From assembly GCA_030158725.1 (NCBI GenBank), contig JAOASJ010000016.1, positions 12,616-76,615 of the forward strand: a stretch of DNA of 64,000 bases, given 5' to 3'. This document shows, piece after piece, positions 1 to 7,642 of the stretch. A program made the translations under genes and the position numbers. The stretch's first letter is position 1. The number at the start of each line of letters is the position of its first letter. Source of the stretch: Bacteroidia bacterium. Its GTDB lineage: Bacteria; Bacteroidota; Bacteroidia; NS11-12g; UBA955. Under the pieces are notes generated by a model. It saw only the letters and a list, made by a program, of their open reading frames with translations, ran no database searches and was not told the DNA's origin.

Positions 1-132
1 GCACTAGAAAAACTAAAATTAAATCCTAACGATGTCATTATGATAGGAGATAGCTTAGAAAAAGACGTTAAAGGGGCAGAAAATTTCGGCATTAAGGCCT
101 ACCTTATAAAAGATAATACAATATTGTTTTGA
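1..132 (+). CDS. HAD-superfamily hydrolase, C-terminal fragment (gene begins upstream of the window)
   Basis: Frame 1 is open from base 1 to TGA at 130-132 and reads ALEKLKLNPNDVIMIGDSLEKDVKGAENFGIKAYLIKDNTILF. The IMIGDS..D..GA..G string resembles the C-terminal Asp motif of HAD phosphatases. The stop overlaps the TTG start of the next ORF (TTGA). Confidence 0.55.
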   Translation, partial: ALEKLKLNPNDVIMIGDSLEKDVKGAENFGIKAYLIKDNTILF

Positions 133-2249
133 AAATCAACATTTCATTTTTATTTGATAAGCAAGGAAGAAGCAAAATTCCTTTAGCCAAATCAAGGTTG
201 TTTTGGGCTGGACTTATTTTTAAATTGGTTTTATCTATTTGTTTTGCTTCTACTTATTTAAGAGATTTATTTGCTCCATTTGCGAATTATTTTATTGATT
301 CTGGATTTCAAGACCCATACACTTATTTTATGCAAAATGGCAAGGGGATTGAATTCCCTTATCCTCCATTAATGTTGTGGTTGTTTTCTTTGCCAAGAAT
401 GATATTTTGGCCTTTGTTTCCAGGATCTATTGATGCCTTTAGTGTAGTAGATAGCTTAGTTTATCGCCTACCATTAATTATAGCAGATATTGCCATTTTA
501 TTGGTACTTATCCGTTGGCTTAAAAACTATACAAGACAAGTATTAATTTGGTATTGGTTATCGCCGGTATTAATCTATATAAATTATTTTCATGGACAAT
601 TGGATGTAATCCCAATGGCGTTTATGATGGCTTCTCTTTATTTTCTTTTTAAATCAAATTGGATACAAGCATTTATATTAATTGGTTTGGCAATAGGATG
701 CAAAACAAACATGGTCTTGGTATTGCCATTTTATGTGTTATACCTCATCCGTATATCTAATGTTGATTTCAAAACCCTGTTTTTGTCTCTTATCAGTTTG
801 ATATCAGTCTTGGTTTTAATCAATCTGCCATATATTCACTCCGATGGAATGGTGCAAATGGTTTATAACAATCCAGTTCAACAGCAAATATTTGACTTAT
901 ACTATCAATTTAATAAAACACTCAGAATATATTTTATACCAGCTATTTACTTTATTTTAGTTTTGTATTATTTCACTTTTAAATTTGTAAATAGAGACCA
1001 ACTTATTTTATTTTTAGCCTTTACTTTCTTGGCTTTAACCTTAATGATAGCTCCAATGCAAGGTTGGTATTATTGGATATTGCCATTGTTGGTTTATTTT
1101 GTTATCAAACAAAGTAAAATTGAGAAGTATACTTTAATTATTTTATCGGTCTTATATTTTGTTTATTTCGGACTGATCCAAGAGTCAGATTATTTGTTCT
1201 CATTTAATTTCAATCAAAATGGGTATGAAGCTCTAGGTCCAAAATATTATGAAAAGGCACTGAATGTAAGTTTTACTTTACTGCAAACAACTTTGGTTTT
1301 ATTGGCCTACTTGGTGTTCAAAAATGGAATACGAAATAACATTCAAACAAAGTTTTTATCCCAACCATACTTAATTGGCATTGGAGGTGACTCTGCCAGT
1401 GGCAAGTCAACTTTAAGTAATGCTTTGGCAGAAGTTTTTGAGTTATCCAACACAAGTATTATACGAGGCGATGATATGCACAAATGGGAAAGGGGTAACG
1501 AAAATTGGAATGTATTTACTCATTTAGATCCAAGAGCAAATAAAATACATGAAGATTTTGAGCATGCTAAAGAGTTAAAGTCAGGCAACAGCATACAACG
1601 CAGGAATTATGACCACAGTACTGGGAAATTCACATTACCTAAATTTATTAAGCCAAATAAATTAATTGTCTTCGAAGGACTTCATTCGTTTTATTTAAAC
1701 AACCAATCGAGTGTCTATGACTTAAAGATATTTATGGAACCCGATGAAAAGTTGCGCATGTGGTGGAAAGTTCAAAGGGATGTTGCAAAAAGAGGATATT
1801 CGCCAGAAAAAGTGCTTGAGCAGTTAAGGATGCGCGAAGAGGATTCTCAAAAATATATTCGCTCTCAAGCCAATCAAGCAGATATCATCGCTCAGTTTTA
1901 TCCCTTAAATGATATTGACCCGATAAATCAAGACATTGAGCCAATTATTGGTTTAAAAATGGTTATTTCAAATGATGTAAATCTTGATCCATTAATTGAA
2001 AGATTGAATGGTATAGATTCCTTAACTCTAGACCATAAATATAATAATGAACATCAAGAACTTTACTTCAAAGGTGGTATTAGCAATGAGCATATTGAAC
2101 AGCTTGCCGACCGTTGTATTCCAGAATTAGAGGATGTGGGTATTTACAATACTAAATGGAAAGAAAATTATGAAGGAATATTACAACTTGTATCTACCTT
2201 TATTATTTTTAATTCAATGAAAAATAAAGATTTAAATGCAAAGTACTAA
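129..2249 (+). CDS. Fusion protein: polytopic GT-C-like membrane domain (GT87/DUF2029-like) plus a C-terminal phosphoribulokinase/uridine-kinase-family P-loop domain
   Basis: 706-aa ORF with a TTG start. Residues 1 to about 400 have roughly ten hydrophobic spans and the loop string GKGIEFPYPPLMLWLF, like the YPP loop motif of GT87/DUF2029 proteins. Residues about 415-600 carry Walker A IGIGGDSASGKST, then GDDMHKWER, HLDPRAN, VFEGLH and WWKVQRDVAKRGYS, in the order typical of the PRK/uridine kinase family. Confidence 0.6.
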   Translation: MKINISFLFDKQGRSKIPLAKSRLFWAGLIFKLVLSICFASTYLRDLFAPFANYFIDSGFQDPYTYFMQNGKGIEFPYPPLMLWLFSLPRMIFWPLFPGSIDAFSVVDSLVYRLPLIIADIAILLVLIRWLKNYTRQVLIWYWLSPVLIYINYFHGQLDVIPMAFMMASLYFLFKSNWIQAFILIGLAIGCKTNMVLVLPFYVLYLIRISNVDFKTLFLSLISLISVLVLINLPYIHSDGMVQMVYNNPVQQQIFDLYYQFNKTLRIYFIPAIYFILVLYYFTFKFVNRDQLILFLAFTFLALTLMIAPMQGWYYWILPLLVYFVIKQSKIEKYTLIILSVLYFVYFGLIQESDYLFSFNFNQNGYEALGPKYYEKALNVSFTLLQTTLVLLAYLVFKNGIRNNIQTKFLSQPYLIGIGGDSASGKSTLSNALAEVFELSNTSIIRGDDMHKWERGNENWNVFTHLDPRANKIHEDFEHAKELKSGNSIQRRNYDHSTGKFTLPKFIKPNKLIVFEGLHSFYLNNQSSVYDLKIFMEPDEKLRMWWKVQRDVAKRGYSPEKVLEQLRMREEDSQKYIRSQANQADIIAQFYPLNDIDPINQDIEPIIGLKMVISNDVNLDPLIERLNGIDSLTLDHKYNNEHQELYFKGGISNEHIEQLADRCIPELEDVGIYNTKWKENYEGILQLVSTFIIFNSMKNKDLNAKY

Positions 2250-3279
2250 ACAAGAACTTTTAGAATTAACAAAACTGTTTTTAAATCGAGCAGATTTAAT
2301 TCAAGGACCTGGTGGAAATACATCAGTTAAATCTGAAGATGGTTCAATGTTTATCAAAGCCTCTGGTTTTAGATTTGATGAAATGTCTTTGACTAAAGGC
2401 ATATCTGCAGTTAACTCTACTAAAATTGCCAAATATTTTTTTTCAGTTGAGCCTCTAGATAAAGTTAAGGAAGAGAAAACAATGTTGGGTGTAATTGCAG
2501 ATAATATATTAACTGATACCGATGGTAATATATTTCCCAAGCCTAGCATGGAAACTGGTTTTCATGCAATTTTGGAAAAATATGTCATTCACACACATTC
2601 TGTTTGGACCAACTTAATTAACTGTGCTCAAGAAAAGACGAGTTTAATTGAAAAGTTGAAACAGAAAACAGGGTTACAAATTGAGATTTTACCTTTTGTT
2701 AGTCCTGGTTTTGGATTGTCGTATCTGATAGCAAAAATTTTAAAGCAAAATGCTGTGAGTGGTATAAGACGTCCAGATGTTTTCTTTCTTTCCAATCACG
2801 GAATTATTTCCCACGCCCAAAGTATAGAATTGTGTCAAGATCAATTATTTAAAATAGATCAGGCCATCAAAGATTTACTTAATATCAAACTAGAATATCC
2901 GAGTATTGAGCTTAAGGAAGACGCATTACGATGGATACCTCAAAGTTCATTTGTGAATAGTGTTTTATCCAAGTATCAATGTCAATCTGATTTCTTTAAT
3001 CAGGTTTTGTTCCCAGATCAAACGGTTTTCTTTAAAGATCAAATCGCATACGATTCAATAGAAACGAATAGAAAAATTCACATATCTATACAGAAGCAGA
3101 TCAGTTATAATTGTAACTCTAGGGAAGCAGGTTCAATACATGAAACCATGACAGCCTATCTATTTATTTATGACTTCATGCACTCAAATAATATTCCCAT
3201 TGAATTAATTGGTGATTCAGAAATTGATTACATCAATAACATGGAAATGGAAAAGTACCGTAAAAAGATTCAAAATTAG
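2236..3279 (+). CDS. Class II aldolase/adducin-family protein with a C-terminal extension
   Basis: 347 aa. It has the GPGGNTSVK phosphate loop, ETGFHAIL...VIHTHS metal-binding histidines and SNHGIISHA, in the order typical of zinc-dependent class II aldolase/epimerase folds. The last ~130 aa carry no motif I recognise. It overlaps the upstream gene by 14 nt. Confidence 0.7.
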   Translation: MQSTKQELLELTKLFLNRADLIQGPGGNTSVKSEDGSMFIKASGFRFDEMSLTKGISAVNSTKIAKYFFSVEPLDKVKEEKTMLGVIADNILTDTDGNIFPKPSMETGFHAILEKYVIHTHSVWTNLINCAQEKTSLIEKLKQKTGLQIEILPFVSPGFGLSYLIAKILKQNAVSGIRRPDVFFLSNHGIISHAQSIELCQDQLFKIDQAIKDLLNIKLEYPSIELKEDALRWIPQSSFVNSVLSKYQCQSDFFNQVLFPDQTVFFKDQIAYDSIETNRKIHISIQKQISYNCNSREAGSIHETMTAYLFIYDFMHSNNIPIELIGDSEIDYINNMEMEKYRKKIQN

Positions 3280-3283
3280 TAAA

Positions 3284-4063
3284 ATGAAAATAGTGATTCC
3301 AATGTCTGGTTTAGGTAAGCGTTTTGCTGATGCTGGTTATACCGACATTAAACCGTTGATAAAGGTGCATGGAAAACCTATTATAGAATGGGTTGTTAGC
3401 ATGTTTCCTGGGGACAATGATTTTATATTTATTTGCCGAAATGAGCATTTAGAAAAAACAGAACTAAAAAGCGTTTTAAATAGAATTGCCCCAGAAGGTA
3501 AAATTATAGGTATAGATGGGCATAAATACGGACCGGTTTACGCTGTAAGTAAAGTGTTTGATTTGATAAATGATGAGGAAGAGGTTATCGTAAATTATTG
3601 CGATTTCTATCAAAAATGGGATTTCTCAGATTTCGTTTTTACAGTCAATAAGTTGAAAGTTGATGGAGCAATTCCTTGCTATACTGGTTTTCACCCCCAT
3701 TTATTACACCCACAGAACTTATATGCATCTTGTAAAGTTGATGAAAGCAAGTTTTTATTAGAAATTAGGGAGAAATTTTCTTTTGAAATAGATAAAACTA
3801 AGGCATATCACTCCGGTGGTACCTATTATTTTTCAAAGGGCAAATTTGTAAAGAAGTACTTTCAAATGATGATAGATGAAGATGTGAATTTAAATGGTGA
3901 ATACTATGTTAGTTTGGTTTATAATTTAATGTTAAGGGATAATTTAAAGGTCTTAGTTTATGACCAAGTGCCATTTTTCTGTCAATGGGGAACCCCAAGT
4001 GATCTTGAAGAATACTTAACTTGGAGTAAAATAATTAATCATTATAAAACGGAAAAAATATGA
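3284..4063 (+). CDS. Sugar-phosphate nucleotidyltransferase-fold protein (paralog 1)
   Basis: I chose the ATG at 3284 (MKIVIPMSGLGKRF), 5 nt after the upstream stop. The ORF-track start at 3209 overlaps the aldolase gene. It has an N-terminal glycine-rich NTP-binding loop and a C-terminal WGTPSDLEEY. Confidence 0.6.
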   Translation: MKIVIPMSGLGKRFADAGYTDIKPLIKVHGKPIIEWVVSMFPGDNDFIFICRNEHLEKTELKSVLNRIAPEGKIIGIDGHKYGPVYAVSKVFDLINDEEEVIVNYCDFYQKWDFSDFVFTVNKLKVDGAIPCYTGFHPHLLHPQNLYASCKVDESKFLLEIREKFSFEIDKTKAYHSGGTYYFSKGKFVKKYFQMMIDEDVNLNGEYYVSLVYNLMLRDNLKVLVYDQVPFFCQWGTPSDLEEYLTWSKIINHYKTEKI

Positions 4064-4806
4064 TTGCACTAATTCCAATGGCAGGTGCTGGGAGTCGATT
4101 TGTTGAAGCGGGTTACAACATTCCAAAACCATTGTTGCCTTTAATGGGAACACCAATGGTTGTTAAAGCGGCTTTGGCTTTACCTAGTTCTGATAAATAT
4201 ATATTTGTGGTAAGAGATTTTCAAATAAATGACTTTCAGATTGACATTCATTTGAAAAGTCATTTTTCAAATAGTGAAATCATAGTCTTAGACCATTTAA
4301 CCGAAGGTCAAGCCATTACATGTTTAGAAGCCAAGTCTTTGATTGATAATGATGAGGCTTTACTCATTGGTGCAAGCGACAATGGAATGGTATACGATAG
4401 AGCTGCGTTTCAAGAAGCAAGTATGAATGCAGATGCTTTAGTCTTTACATTTAGAAATAATCCTTCTGTTTTGGCTAAGCCACAAGCTTATGGTTGGGTT
4501 CAAGTAAATCAGTCAAATGAAGTTGAAAAAGTAAGCGTTAAAGTACCTTTGAGCAATACCCCAATGAATGACCATGCTGTGGTTGGTGCATTTTGGTTTC
4601 GCAAAGGTTCTATGTTTGTAGAGGCAGCTGAGCATATGGTTGCGAACAATAAACGTATTAATAATGAATTTTATGTTGATGAATGCATCAATGATTTAAT
4701 TGAATTAGGATATAAAGTTAAAGCTTTTGAAATTGAACATTATGTTTGTTGGGGTACACCAAATGATTATGAAACTTTTAATTATTGGGAAAAGTTTTTT
4801 AAATGA
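4060..4806 (+). CDS. Sugar-phosphate nucleotidyltransferase-fold protein (paralog 2)
   Basis: It begins MIALIPMAGAGSRF and has a C-terminal WGTPNDYETF. It is clearly paralogous to the preceding ORF. Its start overlaps the upstream stop (ATGA). Confidence 0.6.
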   Translation: MIALIPMAGAGSRFVEAGYNIPKPLLPLMGTPMVVKAALALPSSDKYIFVVRDFQINDFQIDIHLKSHFSNSEIIVLDHLTEGQAITCLEAKSLIDNDEALLIGASDNGMVYDRAAFQEASMNADALVFTFRNNPSVLAKPQAYGWVQVNQSNEVEKVSVKVPLSNTPMNDHAVVGAFWFRKGSMFVEAAEHMVANNKRINNEFYVDECINDLIELGYKVKAFEIEHYVCWGTPNDYETFNYWEKFFK

Positions 4807-4821
4807 TGAGGATGCAATGAC

Positions 4822-4852
4822 AAATCGATAAATCGATAAATCGATAAATTGA
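4822..4852. repeat. Tandem 8-nt repeat array AAATCGAT x3 plus degenerate AAATTGA
   Basis: Read directly: aaatcgat aaatcgat aaatcgat aaattga. It is an imperfect inverted partner of the array at 5294-5331. Confidence 0.9.
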
Positions 4853-4902
4853 AAGTTTTTTCTTAATAGAATATTTGTTGTAAATTTATCTAAAATTAAA
4901 TT

Positions 4903-5271
4903 ATGAAATACTTATTCTCTTTTGAAAAATTAAATGTTTGGATTGCAAGTAAGGACCTAGCGCTATTGATTTATAAAGGTTCAGAAGGTTTTCCAAAATC
5001 AGAAAATTTTGGTTTAGTAAACCAAATCCGCCAATCATCTATTTCAATATCTTCAAACATAGCTGAAGGTAATTCTAGGAAGTCCAAAACCGACAGGTTA
5101 AGGTTTTTTAACATTGCATATTCTAGTTTGATGGAAATGTTAAGTCAATCGATTATTGCTTACGAATTAGGATTTATTACAAGTGATAATTACCATAAAA
5201 TACGTGAATTAAGCAATGAGATTTCGAACAAACTTATTGCATTAATGAACAAACAGGAAACTTTCCAATAA
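4903..5271 (+). CDS. Four-helix-bundle protein (23S rRNA intervening-sequence protein / Avd-like family)
   Basis: 122 aa. FEKLNVWIASKDLALLIY, FGLVNQIRQSSISISSNIAEGNSR and FFNIAYSSLMEM match the family hallmarks (L.vw..a, QlrRa..Si..NIAEG, GS..E). Confidence 0.85.
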   Translation: MKYLFSFEKLNVWIASKDLALLIYKGSEGFPKSENFGLVNQIRQSSISISSNIAEGNSRKSKTDRLRFFNIAYSSLMEMLSQSIIAYELGFITSDNYHKIRELSNEISNKLIALMNKQETFQ

Positions 5272-5293
5272 CCTATTTATTGAAATTTAAATG

Positions 5294-5331
5294 TCAATTT
5301 ATCAATTTCACAGTTTATCAATTTATCAATT
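5294..5331. repeat. Tandem 8-nt repeat array TCAATTTA (five units, two degenerate)
   Basis: Read directly: tcaattta tcaatttc acagttta tcaattta tcaatt. The reverse complement TAAATTGA equals the last unit of the upstream array and differs by one base from TAAATCGA. Confidence 0.9.
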
Positions 5332-5340
5332 CTCCACATT

Positions 5341-6054
5341 ATGCTCTCAATCATCCTACCTTGTTACAATGAAAAAGACAATTTAGTTGCTCTATTCGAA
5401 CGCCTTGATTTGTTGGTTAAAGCAAGTGATGAAATAGAAATTGTTTTAGTTAATAATGGTTCAAATGATGGATCAGATATAGTATTTGAACAAGAGGTAT
5501 TAAGTCGAAGTAAAGAAATATTTAAAATTGTTCATGTCAAAGAAAATAAAGGGTATGGCTTCGGAATCCTTAGCGGCCTAAGGGCAGCAAAAGGCAATGT
5601 ATTGGCTGTGACTCATGCGGATCGACAAACCGATCCTATGGATGTTTTAAAAGCATACGAAATATATAGAAGTAAAGGTGACCTTAATTTATTGGTTAAA
5701 GGGTTCCGAAAAAACAGAAAAATTTCAGAAGCTGTTTTTTCATATGGAATGGGACTATTGGCATCAATTGTTTTAGGAAGTAGATTAACCGAAATAAATG
5801 CACAGCCTAAACTATTTAGTAAATCGTTTTTTGACACCTACAAGAATGATGCACCAAATGACTTTTCGCTTGATCTTTATTTACTATATAAGGCAAAAAA
5901 ACACGGTCAAATTATTGATTTTCCAGTATACTTTTCCAAAAGGGTAGCCGGTGAGGCTAAAGGTGGAAGTGGTAGTTCATTTAAAGTAAAATGGAAATTA
6001 ATAAAGCGCAGCTTCTCATATATATTCGAATTAAAAAGGTCATTAACTAAATAA
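5341..6054 (+). CDS. GT2 glycosyltransferase, polyprenyl-phosphate sugar synthase type (DPM1/ArnC/GtrB-like)
   Basis: It begins MLSIILPCYNEKDNL, followed by VNNGSNDGS, GYGFGILSGL and THADRQTDP. At 237 aa it has the size typical of this subgroup. Confidence 0.75.
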   Translation: MLSIILPCYNEKDNLVALFERLDLLVKASDEIEIVLVNNGSNDGSDIVFEQEVLSRSKEIFKIVHVKENKGYGFGILSGLRAAKGNVLAVTHADRQTDPMDVLKAYEIYRSKGDLNLLVKGFRKNRKISEAVFSYGMGLLASIVLGSRLTEINAQPKLFSKSFFDTYKNDAPNDFSLDLYLLYKAKKHGQIIDFPVYFSKRVAGEAKGGSGSSFKVKWKLIKRSFSYIFELKRSLTK

Positions 6055-6067
6055 ATATCTAACTAGA

Positions 6068-7642
6068 ATGAAGCAATTTTTTAAGAAATACACCATTGAA
6101 TTGGTTTTTGGCTTGGTATTTATTGGACTTTCCTTGCGCTTAAATCTGCAGTTTTTATTAGGATCTAACATCAACACAATTATTGCAGGACACGACGAAT
6201 ATATAGCCGTTAAAGAAGTGTATTCAATACTTCACCCAATCTCACTTAAACATTTTGTAATGGCAGTTATTAGTGGTAACGCTTTATATTATGGTCGCAT
6301 TATGTTTTACATTGATGCAATTGTCGCATTTTTACCTTTTAAAATCTGGGGTACAACAGGTATGGTATTGGCCATTAGAATGTTTCATGCAATTTGTATT
6401 CTGTCTGCATTTCTGATTTTAAGTAAAACCTTTTTGGAAACCAATAGACAAAGGGTCTTGTTTTTTATTGGGTCGTTCTGTTTGTATTTTACAATGTACT
6501 TCATTATGATGCCAAAGCCTGAGCCTCTGCAACTTTTGATTTTGACATTGTTTTTACATCAACTTAAAAAATCCAATTGGTCATTTGGAAAGCATTTTAT
6601 TCTTTTAGGAATAGCATACGGACTTAAATTTAATGTCCTGTTAATTCTACCAATTGTATTTCTTTTACCTCTTATAAAGTCTGGTAAATTGAATATTACT
6701 AATTTAGTCTTACCAGGATTTCTATCTGTTTTTTATTTTATTATCGGTGTTATAATTGCAATACCTTGCCTGATATTAAGTCCTATAAAACCAATCTTTT
6801 TAAGCACTTATTTGCATGAAACCTTTGGGGGTACAGAAAAAGGATATGATTCAGCAACATTAAGTTTTAATGATTGGATGAGCTCTGGCCTTGGTGGTTC
6901 TTATTTGGGACATTGGACATTGGCTTACCCATTCTTAGTGTTTGTTTTGGTATTAATCTTTATTAATTTCAAAAAGTCATTTAAGACACAGAATTTTTCT
7001 TCAATTTTATTCATGGTAATGGGCTTGATTTTTGCTTTGGTTATCATGTTTAAAACCAAAAGACTATGGCCTCATTATTTATGGACTGCCTATATCTTCA
7101 TGCTATTAGGCATGATAGGTTCCCTACCAATTTTGGTAGATACATATATCAAAAAGATTCAGATAATAATAGTGTCTCTATTTGTCAGCTCTTCATTGTT
7201 TTTTTATTGTTATCGGGAGTTACCTTTGTATTTGGGTTTAGATCAAAGACCCGAAGTTCAGAATAATATTAGATGGAGCGAATTGGCCATCCAATATATT
7301 AACACAAAGTATAAAGGTTCTAAAATAGGTACGGATGGCTCATTTTTGTATCCATTTAAGGATTTTGTTGAGGTAGATTTGTATCATCCTTTTGCAACGA
7401 CTAGGCCAAAGGAAGCCGAAACACCATACATGTGGTATGTTGATGCTCCACAAAAGATTTGGGATGATTCAAATAAATTAGTGGTTTTCTATAAACGCTT
7501 ACCACCAAGAATGCTTAAAGAAAATCCTAATGTTTATGTTGGTAGACATCAAGAATTAAATACTTTATTTATTGAGAAAACAATGAAAGAGTTTGATTTA
7601 GATACTACTATAGGAGAATTACATATTTATAAACGCCGTTGA
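6068..7642 (+). CDS. Polytopic GT-C-like membrane glycosyltransferase (ArnT/PMT-like), tentative
   Basis: 524 aa with more than 10 hydrophobic spans. The first loop after TM1 carries AGHDEYIAVKEVYSIL, which resembles the DE..Y motif of the GT39/GT83 families. It lies 13 nt downstream of the GT2 gene. Confidence 0.5.
   Translation: MKQFFKKYTIELVFGLVFIGLSLRLNLQFLLGSNINTIIAGHDEYIAVKEVYSILHPISLKHFVMAVISGNALYYGRIMFYIDAIVAFLPFKIWGTTGMVLAIRMFHAICILSAFLILSKTFLETNRQRVLFFIGSFCLYFTMYFIMMPKPEPLQLLILTLFLHQLKKSNWSFGKHFILLGIAYGLKFNVLLILPIVFLLPLIKSGKLNITNLVLPGFLSVFYFIIGVIIAIPCLILSPIKPIFLSTYLHETFGGTEKGYDSATLSFNDWMSSGLGGSYLGHWTLAYPFLVFVLVLIFINFKKSFKTQNFSSILFMVMGLIFALVIMFKTKRLWPHYLWTAYIFMLLGMIGSLPILVDTYIKKIQIIIVSLFVSSSLFFYCYRELPLYLGLDQRPEVQNNIRWSELAIQYINTKYKGSKIGTDGSFLYPFKDFVEVDLYHPFATTRPKEAETPYMWYVDAPQKIWDDSNKLVVFYKRLPPRMLKENPNVYVGRHQELNTLFIEKTMKEFDLDTTIGELHIYKRR

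Noticed and set aside
1370-1930. The PRK-like domain as evidence for a Calvin-cycle phosphoribulokinase
   Set aside because: There is no RuBisCO or other CBB gene in the window. The domain is fused to a membrane glycosyltransferase-like domain in a polysaccharide operon. The family also includes uridine kinases and other small-molecule kinases.
3209-3283. The upstream extension of the first nucleotidyltransferase ORF
   Set aside because: It overlaps the 3' end of the aldolase-like gene in another frame. The canonical MKIVIPMSG N-terminus starts at ATG 3284.
4903-5271. The four-helix-bundle protein as the Avd accessory protein of a diversity-generating retroelement
   Set aside because: Avd belongs to the same fold family. 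However, the window contains no reverse transcriptase ORF, no template/variable repeat pair and no adenine-biased mismatched repeat. The flanking repeats are 8-nt tandem arrays, not TR/VR.
4822-5331. The tandem short repeats as a CRISPR array
   Set aside because: The units are only 8 nt, they are contiguous with no spacers, and no cas genes are present.
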